Of a stretch of DNA of 64,000 bases, positions 1 through 9,910 are shown piece after piece. Source of the stretch: an uncultured Thermoprotei archaeon (GTDB lineage: Archaea; Thermoproteota; Thermoprotei; Thermofilales; B15-G2). The notes under the pieces were generated by a model. That model saw only the letters and a list, made by a program, of their open reading frames with translations, was not told the origin of the DNA and did not search any database. A program made the translations under genes and the position numbers. The stretch covers positions 64,001 to 128,000 of the forward strand of contig CBDUKN010000003.1 of assembly GCA_965367815.1 (NCBI GenBank). The letters are read 5' to 3'. Each line of letters begins with the position of its first letter. The stretch's first letter is position 1.

Positions 1-243
1 ACATTAACTTTTCTCTGGTATATTTTCTGGAGAAAAGTAAAATATTCATCTATTCTGTCGCTTGTAGTAGGCGCTCTAACAGAGTTAGCTCAGTCGGCAG
101 TGCCGTATAGAGTATTTAGTTTAGCAGACTTAGCTGCAAATACTGCTGGTGTAGTAGTGTCTACTTTACTAATTGTGGGAATAAAACACTGTTTGAATAC
201 GTTTAAGAATAGAGTGTCAGAAACTGTGTTTAAGTTGAAGTAA
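1..243 (+). CDS. VanZ-family membrane protein, 5'-partial
   Basis: Frame 1 is open from the window start to TAA 241-243 and reads ...GALTELAQSAVPYRVFSLADLAANTAG..., the E-x-x-Q-x(3)-P-x-R...D-x(3)-N-x-x-G VanZ pattern. Confidence 0.7.
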   Translation, partial: TLTFLWYIFWRKVKYSSILSLVVGALTELAQSAVPYRVFSLADLAANTAGVVVSTLLIVGIKHCLNTFKNRVSETVFKLK

Positions 244-306
244 GCTTTTGGTCTGAAATTACGTCGATTTGATAGCTTTTTATAGTATTTATGTTATGTT
301 CTAACT

Positions 307-1089
307 GTGTCTAAAGAATGGGGCCCTCTTTTTAGAGCAGAAGATTAGGTTAAGTATGCGGCCGAAAGAGAAAAAATAAGTGAGGTTTTTCTGGGAGAGA
401 CTCTTGTTGTAACACCTATAGGTAGTATTTACAGTAGTCTAGCAGAGTTCTTTAATGCAAGACCTTGGGTAAACTGGATTTATAAACCAGATGAACTTTG
501 GGGCGCAAAAGTAGCAGATATTTTCGGTCAAAAAGTATTCTTTACGGCAATTAGCCCAGGAGCTCCCAAGTCTCGATTATTGAGGAAACTATTGTAGCTG
601 GAGTAAAGAGAGTAATTTTCATAGGACTTGCAGGAAGTCTTAGAGTAGAAACAGGTGACTTTATTGTCCCCTACGGAGCAATATGTGAAGACGTTTTTTC
701 GCAACACTATATCCCATATGGAATACCTATAGAAGCTTTAAAAAGCTGCATGAATACATGTTTAAGGCCTGCAGTGAACTAGGCTGCCGCGTACATAGCG
801 GTAGAGTATGGACTACCTCAGCTCCATGTAGAGAACTGAAATGGAAAGCCGAAGAATACTTCGAGAAATGGGAGTGTAGAGCAGTTGAAATGGAAGAGGT
901 GCTGTCTATGCTCTAGCTACATACTACGGTATAGAGAGAGTAGCTTTACTCGTAATATCAGATCTAGTATATCCTGGACAGAAATTTGGTTTTCATAAAG
1001 AAGAGTTGAAAGAATCGATAACTAAAATACCTCTTATTTTAAAGAGATTCTTTTTCTACTGTTTCAAGGAGAATAAAAGCTTACAGTAA
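307..1089 (+). pseudogene. Nucleoside phosphorylase (PNP/UDP family) pseudogene
   Basis: Manual translation across frames gives GVKRVIFIGLAGSL...GDFIVPYGAI, HSGRVWTTSAP and AVEME...LLVISD; in-frame TAG at 346-348 plus about three frameshifts. Confidence 0.8.
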
Positions 1090-1172
1090 AAGAGTTTTAA
1101 CTATATTATTAGCTTAAGTACATAGGAGTCTTCTTTAAGAAAAATATAGTTTTATGCAATATCTGGATATCG

Positions 1173-1397
1173 ATGAGAAGAGAAGACAGAAGCTTCATTA
1201 AACTAATAATAACCATACTAATCATAACAATAATTCTCTACTTGCCAATACATGCAGGTTATGCTAAAATACCTAAAGATTGGACTCCAAGAGAAGTAGC
1301 AAACTTGCTAGAAGGAGTAGTCAAGTACTGGATTGAAGTACTTAAAGTAGTTATCGCTAAGCTACAGCAGCTAATTAAAGATTTTCTAAAGAAATAA
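1173..1397 (+). CDS. Small hypothetical membrane protein
   Basis: 74 aa with one hydrophobic helix followed by an amphipathic tail. Confidence 0.55.
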   Translation: MRREDRSFIKLIITILIITIILYLPIHAGYAKIPKDWTPREVANLLEGVVKYWIEVLKVVIAKLQQLIKDFLKK

Positions 1398-1508
1398 ACA
1401 ATAATGTAAATATTACTATTTATTGATAATTGATTGAAAATATTTTTAACTAGTCAAAACTATTGTTCAAATCAAGTTTTTCCAAAATAGGATTTCTAGA
1501 CAAAGTTT

Positions 1509-3287
1509 TTGTATATAAACGCAGAAGATAAAACAGTGTCAAGTAGGCATGTTAAACTAAAATCATTAATATTAAATGTATTTCAATGTTTCTTAATACT
1601 TATCATCACAATTAACATTTTTGCCTTATTTGCTTCAACTCCTTCTATTGGATTAAATTATATTAAAGCTAATATAAGCAATTTGAAGTGGATGGAACTA
1701 GCCGAAAAAGATTTAGAAATTATTAGAATATCTAGAAAGTTAATCAGAAAGAACGGTGTAGTGCTCAATTTCACCTATATTAAATTCAACATGATCATTG
1801 GTGAAGGAAAAACCTTTATTTACGGAGTTTTAGTTAAGCGTGTCGACTTAGAAAATAAGGTTCCTGGAATTGTTCTTGTTCACGGCTGGGGAGGTAATCA
1901 TAAGTCTCTACTGAGTTATGCTGAATACTTGGCTTCAGAGAAATTTGTTGTACTAGCTATTGATGCCGCAGGACACGGCAAAAGTGGTCTTATCAATAGG
2001 CCTAAAGTTCTCTATTTAACCGACTGGGATTTCAAGAACATTGAGTATTCTTTGCTGAGGCAAGTGTACCTGAGTGCTATAAGAGCAGTATCTGTTTTAA
2101 CTAGAGTTCCTTCAGTAGATTCCAGAAAAATAGGAATATGTGGAGCAAGCATGGGGGGTTTAACTAGCCTAGTAGCTGGAGCTGTAGATCCTCGAATTCA
2201 AGTAGTGGTTCCTGTAGTCGCTTCGGGCTGTCTTCTTTCGAGTATTAGGCTTGGTGGACTATCTAATTTTCTAATTTCACGCAATATTTCTCGGTTCAAC
2301 AAGTACTTGGCAAATGTAGCTTATATAGATCCCGTAAACTATGTTCACTTAATGAAGAATAAGAGAATATACATTCTCTTTTCAACTCACGACGAGTTCT
2401 TTCCTATTGAAGGTCTTCTCCGTACTTTGAGTAAAATAAAAGCTGAAGAGCTCTACTTATCGCTCGCAGCTAACAATAACCACTATAGGGAATACTATGG
2501 GTGGAGAGAATATGCGCTAAAATTCTTTAAACATGTCTTCTATGGAGAAGATTTCCCTAAACTAGAGTACAGCGCAGTCGACTTAGAGTTAGGACTGTAT
2601 GCAGGTGCAAAAGATGGAGTTTACTTGGAAGTCAGGCCTGCTATACAAGGTTTTCCGTACACTAGACTCAAGCCTCCAGTATTTTTACCTTATTTATTTC
2701 CTTTACAGTATCTTGTTGAGTTGAGAGACAGCAGTGGAAGACTCGTAGTAACTTCTGCTCCAGTAAAAGTAGGGTCGACTGCCGCTACAGTAGTTTTAGT
2801 TCTTTCTGTAGTGCTTCTACTATTGAGTAAAAGAAGCTTAAAGCATTTACCAGACTTATTCTTCGTGACTATAGCTGCTCTCGTCCATGTTTCTCCACTA
2901 CTTCATTGTCCTAGCAGATTTACGTTAAATATTCTTCAGTTAACTGAACGCTACGGCGTTTATACAGGAAGCTTATACACTACACCTTTTCTAGCGTTGC
3001 TGTCTCCTATAGTATACTACTTATGTCTTTTAATGAAAAATAAGAAGGAGAAAATTCTCTTGGCTATAGTGTACTTAATTGTATCTAGCGCTACATTCAT
3101 TGAAGTCTCGTATATTATCTCTAGAGTACTGTCTAAAGTACCTGAGCAGCTAAGACCCAATATTCTTATTCTACCTACTTTCCTACTAAACTTAATTCCA
3201 CTAATATACCTCTATGCTAGAGAAAAGAAGCTTAAAAAAGTGCTTGGGGACTTAAAGATTATTTTGCGTGCTACTGAAAAAGACTAA
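1509..3287 (+). CDS. Membrane-anchored alpha/beta-hydrolase (esterase/peptidase S9-like) with C-terminal multi-TM region
   Basis: HGWGG oxyanion motif, GASMGG nucleophile elbow, HDEFF acid and NNNH His; N-terminal TM and several C-terminal hydrophobic helices. Confidence 0.75.
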   Translation: MYINAEDKTVSSRHVKLKSLILNVFQCFLILIITINIFALFASTPSIGLNYIKANISNLKWMELAEKDLEIIRISRKLIRKNGVVLNFTYIKFNMIIGEGKTFIYGVLVKRVDLENKVPGIVLVHGWGGNHKSLLSYAEYLASEKFVVLAIDAAGHGKSGLINRPKVLYLTDWDFKNIEYSLLRQVYLSAIRAVSVLTRVPSVDSRKIGICGASMGGLTSLVAGAVDPRIQVVVPVVASGCLLSSIRLGGLSNFLISRNISRFNKYLANVAYIDPVNYVHLMKNKRIYILFSTHDEFFPIEGLLRTLSKIKAEELYLSLAANNNHYREYYGWREYALKFFKHVFYGEDFPKLEYSAVDLELGLYAGAKDGVYLEVRPAIQGFPYTRLKPPVFLPYLFPLQYLVELRDSSGRLVVTSAPVKVGSTAATVVLVLSVVLLLLSKRSLKHLPDLFFVTIAALVHVSPLLHCPSRFTLNILQLTERYGVYTGSLYTTPFLALLSPIVYYLCLLMKNKKEKILLAIVYLIVSSATFIEVSYIISRVLSKVPEQLRPNILILPTFLLNLIPLIYLYAREKKLKKVLGDLKIILRATEKD

Positions 3288-3360
3288 CTTATTTTAAGTG
3301 GGAAAAATAAAAATCTAGTAAATGAAAAAGTATTTCTTTAGTAAACCAGTACATTAACAT

Positions 3361-3651
3361 GTGGCTTTGGGAAGAAGCAAAATAGATGCTGTTGTAATTA
3401 ATGAGAAAGACAATGTGGCTGTTGCTCTGAGAGACATTAAGCCGAGTGAGAGAATTATAGTCTCCATTAAGGATAAAACACTAGAGCTTATCGTAAAAGA
3501 TTTCATAAAGAGAGGACATAAAATTGCTCTCTATGATATTAAGAAGGGAGACTATATAATAAAATACGGCGAAATTATTGGAGTAGCTACTGAGGATATT
3601 AAACAAGGACAACATGTGCACTGTCATAATGTTAAAAGTGCTAGAATTTAA
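3361..3651 (+). CDS. UxaA/GarD-family dehydratase small (SAF) subunit
   Basis: DNVAVAL...GHKIAL...IIKYGEIIG...GQHVHCHN; directly upstream of the large subunit. Confidence 0.9.
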   Translation: MALGRSKIDAVVINEKDNVAVALRDIKPSERIIVSIKDKTLELIVKDFIKRGHKIALYDIKKGDYIIKYGEIIGVATEDIKQGQHVHCHNVKSARI

Positions 3652-3668
3652 TTGATTGAGGTGAGATT

Positions 3669-4832
3669 ATGAGAAATTATGAAATTAAAGCTTACATAAG
3701 ACCTGATGGTAAAGTAGGAGTAAGAAACCATGTCGTAGTTCTTCCTACTGTTATTTGCTCCCTTTACACAGCTCGGAAAATAGCTAATATGTTTCATCAA
3801 GCTATCTGTATTGAAAATCAACATGGGTGTTGTCAAATTGGACCGGACTTAGAGCTCACAACAAAAGTATTAATCAATACTGCAAAGAACCCTAATGTTG
3901 CAGCAGTACTAGTAGTGGCGCTTGGCTGTGAAAGTGTTCCCTATAGTAAAGTTGTCAAAGAAATAGAGAAAACAGGAAAACCAGTAGACTTAGTAGTAAT
4001 TCGAGAGGAAGGAGAGATTAAAACTATCGAGAAGGGTATTAGAATACTAAGAGACTTTATAGAATATGCTGATTCGCTGAAAAGAGAGAAGACTGATATT
4101 TCAGAGCTTACTGTGGGTATAGAGTGTGGTGGTTCTGACTGGACATCAGCAATAGCCGCTAATCCAGCAGTAGGATATGTTGCCGACAAGTTAATTGATT
4201 TAGGAGCTACAGTAATTTTCTCTGAAACAAGTGAGCTAATAGGAGCTGAGCATATTTTAGCTAAGAGAGCAGTCAGCAAGGAGGTAGCTGATAAGCTGCT
4301 GAATGTTGTTAAAGGAGTTGAAGAGAAGGCGAAAAGCATTGGAGTCGATATTAGGGGAGGGCAGCCGACTCGCGGAAATATTGAAGGCGGAATTACTACA
4401 ATCGAAGAAAAATCTCTCGGAGCTATATATAAGGCTGGAACCAGGCCTCTGAAAGGTGTTCTAGACTATGCTGAAGCTCTAGAAGATAAAGGACTTTACT
4501 TCATGCATACACCTGGCCAAGATATTGAATCGATTACAGGAATGGTTGCAGGTGGAGCTCAGTTAATACTCTTTACAACTGGCTTAGGTACTCCGACAGG
4601 AAACCCTATAGCACCAGTAATTAAAGTAACAGGGAATCCCTGGACATACGAGAAAATGAAAGAGAATATTGATATTAATGCTGGAAGTATTGTGCTAGGA
4701 GAGAAGACTATTAGCGAGGTAGGAGAAGAAATATTCGAGAAGCTAGTAAGAGTCGTAAACGGAGAGCTCACTAAAGCCGAGATACTAGGGCACAGAGAAT
4801 TCGGTATCTATAAGCTGTACTCAACTTTCTAG
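3669..4832 (+). CDS. UxaA/GarD-family (altronate/galactarate dehydratase or sulfolactate lyase) large subunit
   Basis: GVRNHV, HGCCQ, LGCE, ECGGSD, GNIEGGITTIEEKSLG and FTTGLGTP motifs. Confidence 0.9.
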   Translation: MRNYEIKAYIRPDGKVGVRNHVVVLPTVICSLYTARKIANMFHQAICIENQHGCCQIGPDLELTTKVLINTAKNPNVAAVLVVALGCESVPYSKVVKEIEKTGKPVDLVVIREEGEIKTIEKGIRILRDFIEYADSLKREKTDISELTVGIECGGSDWTSAIAANPAVGYVADKLIDLGATVIFSETSELIGAEHILAKRAVSKEVADKLLNVVKGVEEKAKSIGVDIRGGQPTRGNIEGGITTIEEKSLGAIYKAGTRPLKGVLDYAEALEDKGLYFMHTPGQDIESITGMVAGGAQLILFTTGLGTPTGNPIAPVIKVTGNPWTYEKMKENIDINAGSIVLGEKTISEVGEEIFEKLVRVVNGELTKAEILGHREFGIYKLYSTF

Positions 4833-5083
4833 ACTATTACGGGAATATTTGCTTCTCTTAATAACTTTCTGAAAACCGATATGCTTATTTTAGCTATTTT
4901 ACAAGCTCTCCTAATATCTCCTGTTTCTATGTAGTATTTTAGTGCTGCTTTTATTCTAGGTGGCTGTTTTTCAATAAAATTCCAGTCAGCATACTTACGC
5001 CTAATCTCCCTAAACTCCTCTTCTTCTCTACGGATTTTTTCAAGTAGTTCTTTTTCATAGTCTTTTACTTCAGCTTCAGACAT
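4829..5083 (-). CDS. Small HTH protein, UPF0175-like putative antitoxin (downstream paralog, locus 1)
   Basis: 84 aa; tail ETGDIRRACKIAKISISVFRKLLREANIP; overlaps the PIN gene end. Confidence 0.7.
   Translation of the reverse strand: MSEAEVKDYEKELLEKIRREEEEFREIRRKYADWNFIEKQPPRIKAALKYYIETGDIRRACKIAKISISVFRKLLREANIPVIV
4917..5034. repeat. 118-bp perfect direct repeat, copy A1
   Basis: Base-by-base identical to 5706-5823. Confidence 0.95.
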
Positions 5084-5628
5084 TTAATCACCTTATCGAT
5101 AGCGTATTTTAGATCAGAGCGGGGGAAAATATGCTTTGTGTCGTTTTCATACTCTCTAAATACTCTTTCAACATCTTCTCTCTTTTTCACCTTAATTGTT
5201 TTTCTAATAATTGCTTCAGTTAGTACTTCAAGAGCTCTCCACACTACTACGTTTTTCAGTTCACTTAGTGTTCTTGTAGCTAGTAAAGCTCCTCTATTTT
5301 CCGTTAAAACTATAGCATTAAGCCTCTGCCCCACTACTAAGCAAATAGCCTCAGGCAAGTCTACTTTCCTTAAAAAAGGCTTCGAGGATATCTTCAATAC
5401 GAGTTCTTCAGCTTTTCTTAAGTCGAGGGGGGAAGGAGTAAACAGTAACATGTTTCCTTTAGCTAGCTGCGCAGAAACCCATGAAATACTCTTCTCGTCT
5501 TCTATCTCAGCTAATACTTGTTCTGGTACTAGTATAGTTTTGAAGATTTCTGTAAGGATACTTCTTCTACGATAGTAGGCCCAGTCGATAATAAAACAGG
5601 TGTCAGATATAGCTAGTTTAAGCGACAT
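5065..5628 (-). CDS. PIN-domain toxin (DUF3368/COG2405-like)
   Basis: AISDTCFII, VPEQVLAEI, DLPEAICL and VLTEN give the PIN acidic-residue pattern. Confidence 0.8.
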   Translation of the reverse strand: MSLKLAISDTCFIIDWAYYRRRSILTEIFKTILVPEQVLAEIEDEKSISWVSAQLAKGNMLLFTPSPLDLRKAEELVLKISSKPFLRKVDLPEAICLVVGQRLNAIVLTENRGALLATRTLSELKNVVVWRALEVLTEAIIRKTIKVKKREDVERVFREYENDTKHIFPRSDLKYAIDKVIKCLKLK

Positions 5629-5857
5629 TTGGTATCCCGGCTTTTCTTCTTAGCTCATTCATTTTTCCTACAGTTACTCCAGCTATTCTCGAGGCTACGT
5701 AGAGGTCTCCTGTTTCTATGTAGTATTTTAGTGCTGCTTTTATTCTAGGTGGCTGTTTTTCAATAAAATTCCAGTCAGCATACTTACGCCTAATCTCCCT
5801 AAACTCCTCTTCTTCTCTACGGAACTTTTCTAGAATTTTATTTACTTTTTTCTCCAA
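5618..5857 (-). CDS. Small HTH protein, UPF0175-like putative antitoxin (upstream paralog, locus 1)
   Basis: 79 aa; tail ETGDLYVASRIAGVTVGKMNELRRKAGIP; overlaps the PIN gene start. Confidence 0.7.
   Translation of the reverse strand: MEKKVNKILEKFRREEEEFREIRRKYADWNFIEKQPPRIKAALKYYIETGDLYVASRIAGVTVGKMNELRRKAGIPNVA
5706..5823. repeat. 118-bp perfect direct repeat, copy A2
   Basis: Identical to 4917-5034, offset 789 bp. Confidence 0.95.
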
Positions 5858-5971
5858 GAGGTTCCCCAGTAGACATTCTTTTTTCTCTAATTAATTTATT
5901 TGTTGCTTAAAGGAAACCCCTAAATTCCTTTTCTAGTCGAAGAATATTACTTTATTTTGTATTGAAAATAA

Positions 5972-6431
5972 TTGAATGGTGAGAGTATCTCGGGTAAAGA
6001 ATTAAGAATTTACCGCGACACTTTAATGGCGGTTATGGGTCATATTCTAGTAATGCTTTATGACGAAGAGGCTTTAGATATGTTATCGGACTGGCTTTAC
6101 CGTAAGAGAAGAGTGGAGAGAAAAGTCTAAAGCTATTAAAGATAAAAGTGCGGAATTTTTTTTAAGATTCTTTAGTAATGAAGCACATGAATATGAAATT
6201 GTTAGAAAAGATAAAGATGTTTTAGAAGTTAAAGTCTACAAATGTATTCACGCAGAGGTATTTAGAAAACTAAACGCCACGAATATAGGCTATAAGCTAA
6301 TATGTAGAGGAGACGATGCTGCAACAGAAGGATTTAGCCCGGATATAGAGCTTATACGTCCTAAAATTTTAATGAAAGGAGACGACTGCTGCCACTTTAT
6401 ATGGAGACGTAAAAAGAGAGCCGAAAGCTAG
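5972..6431 (+). pseudogene. L-2-amino-thiazoline-4-carboxylate hydrolase-like protein, frameshifted
   Basis: 3' frame reads VYKCIHAEVFRKL...LICRGDDA...RPKILMKGDDCCHFIW; frameshift near 6110. Confidence 0.7.
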
Positions 6432-6440
6432 CGTAGGCGC

Positions 6441-7514
6441 TCAAGGTACTATTTCGACTGTATTATTGAATGGAGGATACTTAATATCGTTCAATGAAAC
6501 AACGCCTGCTTTCAGAGACTCAGCAATTTTAATACATGCTTTCTTTAAGAGGTCTATTAAGTACATTGTTGTGCTACAGACTTTTCTAAAGCCTTTTTCT
6601 CCCCAAAGTCTCTCTACGTGTGCATAGAGACATCGTCCTCCACAGTAATCTAAATAAGAGCACTGGGTGCAAGGGGGTCCTATATAATACTTTTTAAGGG
6701 TTCGAGGTGTATCGCGGGAAATATGGCCTGCTTCAGCCCACTTCTCGTATACTGCTATAGGGCAGGCTAATATTCTCCCATCTGTAGAGATAGCATAAGC
6801 TGAAACGCCGGCTCCACATGGAGGTTTCTCGAGAGGAGTTTTTGTTAGAATAGCATAAGCTATTGCTTTAAACGGCGCTATTCCAGGCACGGTTCCCTTC
6901 TCTATTTCACTAGTCCAGTACTCTATTAGCTTAGCTAAGCCAGGCATATATGTTGAATAGAGCCATTTATCGAAGTTTCGCCACCTATTGCTCCAAATTA
7001 CGTCAAGCTGCCAGTGCACGTGATCGAACAGCTTTAGTGAAAGAAGATGCATTACATCTCGGTAAATATCGCTTTCTTCACTTACAGCCATTCTGGCAAT
7101 TAAGTCTCCCTTAAAGCCTATTTTCCTCAACCACTTAGCTGCGGCTAATACTTTGTCGTAAATACCCCTGCCTCTATAGTAGTCTGTAACTTCTTTAACT
7201 CCGTCAATTGAAAGCAATACTGCGTCAAAACGTCTCCAATATTTCTCGTGAAGCCTATGTACGAGAGTAGCGTTAGTCTGAATAACGTATTTCGCCCAGC
7301 CAATAGAATCCATTACTTTCTCTATAAAGACATGATTTAAGAGTGGCTCGCCTCCATAGAAAGCAATAATGGGATCTGGGTCTTCTTCAATAAACTTAAT
7401 GAGGTCTCTCAAAGAATACTTTATCTCCCAAGGAACTACTTCAGGCGGAAAACTTCCACCACAGTAAATACATTTTAAGTTACATTGACCAGTAGTAAGT
7501 ACTATATATAACAC
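6441..7514 (-). CDS. Radical SAM/SPASM protein, AF0577 (TIGR04084)-like
   Basis: CNLKCIYC motif, FYGGEPLL, and SPASM cysteines CGAG...ACP...CTQCSYLDYCGGRC. Confidence 0.85.
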   Translation of the reverse strand: MLYIVLTTGQCNLKCIYCGGSFPPEVVPWEIKYSLRDLIKFIEEDPDPIIAFYGGEPLLNHVFIEKVMDSIGWAKYVIQTNATLVHRLHEKYWRRFDAVLLSIDGVKEVTDYYRGRGIYDKVLAAAKWLRKIGFKGDLIARMAVSEESDIYRDVMHLLSLKLFDHVHWQLDVIWSNRWRNFDKWLYSTYMPGLAKLIEYWTSEIEKGTVPGIAPFKAIAYAILTKTPLEKPPCGAGVSAYAISTDGRILACPIAVYEKWAEAGHISRDTPRTLKKYYIGPPCTQCSYLDYCGGRCLYAHVERLWGEKGFRKVCSTTMYLIDLLKKACIKIAESLKAGVVSLNDIKYPPFNNTVEIVP

Positions 7515-7726
7515 AGCTAGCTGTGAAAAACAAAATTTATTTCTTGCGTCTAACTACCTTATATTCCAGTCACAACTTTAATGAGCAAAATCTTACAATT
7601 TATTTTATTTAAATAAGTTAATGTCAAGCAAAGTGTATTAAATATAGGTTTTTATAAGCAAACATTAGCTTAATTTTATTCAAGTATAGATAGAAATAAA
7701 TAAGTTGTGTAGCTAAAGTAAGTGTT

Positions 7727-8755
7727 ATGGTTTCCGCGGAATTTAAAAGAATTAAGCTTATCTTTGCGCCTAGAACAGTAGTCACTTTTTCTAATAGAAT
7801 TGAAGAATTGAAGAAATTACTGAATCTTGCTCGCAGGGGGCATGCCTTTCCAGTAGTAGTATTTGGGCCCGAAGGATGCGGTAAAACAGCATTGCTTAAG
7901 CAGCTGGTATTATTGTTGAAAGAAGAAGGTATAGAGGTAGTTTATGTGGATACTTTAGAGGAAAATATAGATAGAGCAATATTAGCTTCGCCAGAATTAA
8001 AAGAAGCATTAGTTTCGCTTTCAGAGGCCGTTATGGGGCCTTTAGGGAAAACATTAGCATATGCAGCAATAGCTGTAGTATCAAAGATTCTTTCTAAAGT
8101 AAAGAGTGAAAACTTAGTAATTATTGTGGATGAAGTCTTTCAAGCAGTAGGTTTAGATAACGCAGCCATATATATTAAAAAGGCTTTAAATTTGCTTGAG
8201 TATCCTCCTGACTTACGTAAAAGAATACTAATTATTCTCACAACATCGGAGGGAATTTCTCGAAAAGAAGTAGCTAGACATGGGTGGGCTGATATAAAAG
8301 AGATATGGAATTTAAGTTTCACTGGACTAAAAGAACTTTATGACCAGCTACCAGAGCCAAAGCCGGACTACAGTCAAGTATGGAGAATTACTGGAGGAAA
8401 TCCTCGTATACTAAAACAATACTATATTAGAGACTGGAGTGTAGAAAATCTCATTAAGTGGCTTATAGTGGAAAGAGGCTTAGAAACAGAGATTGCTAAA
8501 ATAGTAAAAGAACACGGAAAAACTCTACTGATCGAGGGATTAGAGGATCCCGACCTACTACTTAACGATTATCAGCTTTATTTAAAGCTCGAAAAACTAA
8601 ACTTAATAGTAGATCTTCATGACAGAAGCTATAGCGAAGGGTGGATAGGAGCACCACCGCCTAAAAACCCGGAACTAGGTGTAGGAAATAAAATAGCTTG
8701 GCAAACACCTTTACATAAGGAAGCTGTACAAAAAATTATTCAACAAATAGCATAA
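7727..8755 (+). CDS. Archaeal P-loop ATPase (ATPase_2 family)
   Basis: FSNRIEEL, Walker A GPEGCGKT, Walker B IIVDE, TGGNPR. Confidence 0.85.
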   Translation: MVSAEFKRIKLIFAPRTVVTFSNRIEELKKLLNLARRGHAFPVVVFGPEGCGKTALLKQLVLLLKEEGIEVVYVDTLEENIDRAILASPELKEALVSLSEAVMGPLGKTLAYAAIAVVSKILSKVKSENLVIIVDEVFQAVGLDNAAIYIKKALNLLEYPPDLRKRILIILTTSEGISRKEVARHGWADIKEIWNLSFTGLKELYDQLPEPKPDYSQVWRITGGNPRILKQYYIRDWSVENLIKWLIVERGLETEIAKIVKEHGKTLLIEGLEDPDLLLNDYQLYLKLEKLNLIVDLHDRSYSEGWIGAPPPKNPELGVGNKIAWQTPLHKEAVQKIIQQIA

Positions 8756-8767
8756 AACAATAGAAAT

Positions 8768-9841
8768 TTATACTGCTAAATATTCTGCTACATATATATG
8801 TGCTGGAGTTTTAGACGGCTTATATATGATCCTCGCTAATAGGGCTTCATGATTTACTTTCTCTTTAAGTAACTTATTCCCGAGTACACTAACAGTATCG
8901 TATTCTTCCCATGTTCCTGATAGAGTGTATATTTCGATGCGGAGTGTTCCAGGAGCACTTGCCTTGAAGAGTACTGTTTTATTCTTTAAGTCGTAGGCGG
9001 GTACTGGATGGCTTATTATTTCGCTTTCTATAGTGCTTCCCGCTAATGTTTCATCTGAGCCATATTTACAGAACTTTAAAGCAAACTTTGGCTCAGGGTT
9101 TCCTGGAAGAACTCTTAGGTTCCATGGATGTAGGTCTTCCCAAACGTATTCTCCTTCAGGGCATCCATCGATGTCTAGCAGTATAGAGAGATGTGTTGAC
9201 GGCTTTACTGGAGCTAGTGCTACCGCGTAGGGAGGCTTGTTTGTAATCACATGTTTACCTAAGTTGTGTTCTGGGTAGAGTATTATGCCTCGTATTTTCC
9301 CGTCTATTAGCCAGACTGCCATAGACCTGTATACGTGTATAGAGTACACGTGTCTTTTCTCAGCATAGTCTAGGGGAAATCCGGGTAGCTCTACGCAGAC
9401 TGGCTCAGGAAATGCTCCAGCGCACGCAGCTAAGCTTCCAGGCGTTCCCGGCACAAATCTGTAATGTATTACTCCTCCTCCGAACAAGTCTTCTATTTCG
9501 AAGCCAAACCAGAGTGTCGGTCCTTTAGGCCAGGGTGGGAGCTTTACAGTGAGGTCGAAGACTCCGTAGGGGAAAGTGTCTTTAGATCGGAGAGATACTG
9601 TGACTACTTCCTTGGGCTTAATGTACGCAGCTTTAGTGAACACTGTGTACTGTTTTTCACGATAGTCGAAAAGCCAGTACCGTGAAGCCTTATCGAGAAT
9701 AAATTCTTCGCCAAAGTCTTCTCCTCCACGTCTCCTTATCCAGCAGTAGAAGATCTCATCTACGCTTTCATGCATAAATCTAGCTAGCCTTATTCCTCTG
9801 TGGCTCATGTAGCATTTTCTTTCAGAAAGTATATATAACAA
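8768..9841 (-). CDS. Hypothetical protein, possible concanavalin-A/GH16-like beta-sandwich
   Basis: Long ORF; YGVFDLTVKLP and HVYSIHVYRSMAVWLIDGK resemble ConA-like strands. Confidence 0.5.
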   Translation of the reverse strand: MLYILSERKCYMSHRGIRLARFMHESVDEIFYCWIRRRGGEDFGEEFILDKASRYWLFDYREKQYTVFTKAAYIKPKEVVTVSLRSKDTFPYGVFDLTVKLPPWPKGPTLWFGFEIEDLFGGGVIHYRFVPGTPGSLAACAGAFPEPVCVELPGFPLDYAEKRHVYSIHVYRSMAVWLIDGKIRGIILYPEHNLGKHVITNKPPYAVALAPVKPSTHLSILLDIDGCPEGEYVWEDLHPWNLRVLPGNPEPKFALKFCKYGSDETLAGSTIESEIISHPVPAYDLKNKTVLFKASAPGTLRIEIYTLSGTWEEYDTVSVLGNKLLKEKVNHEALLARIIYKPSKTPAHIYVAEYLAV

Positions 9842-9910
9842 ACGTTAGCAGAAAGTTTCTTACACTAAAACTCATTTATAGCTGAGTCAAGAAGAAAAAG
9901 CGGCGAGTAA

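Noticed and set aside
86-103. TAGCTCAGTCGGCAGTGC resembles a tRNA D-arm
   Set aside because: No T-arm or acceptor stem follows, and it lies inside the VanZ-like reading frame
4917-5823. The repeats as IS ends or target-site duplications
   Set aside because: They are direct, long and inside genes, with no transposase or terminal inverted repeats
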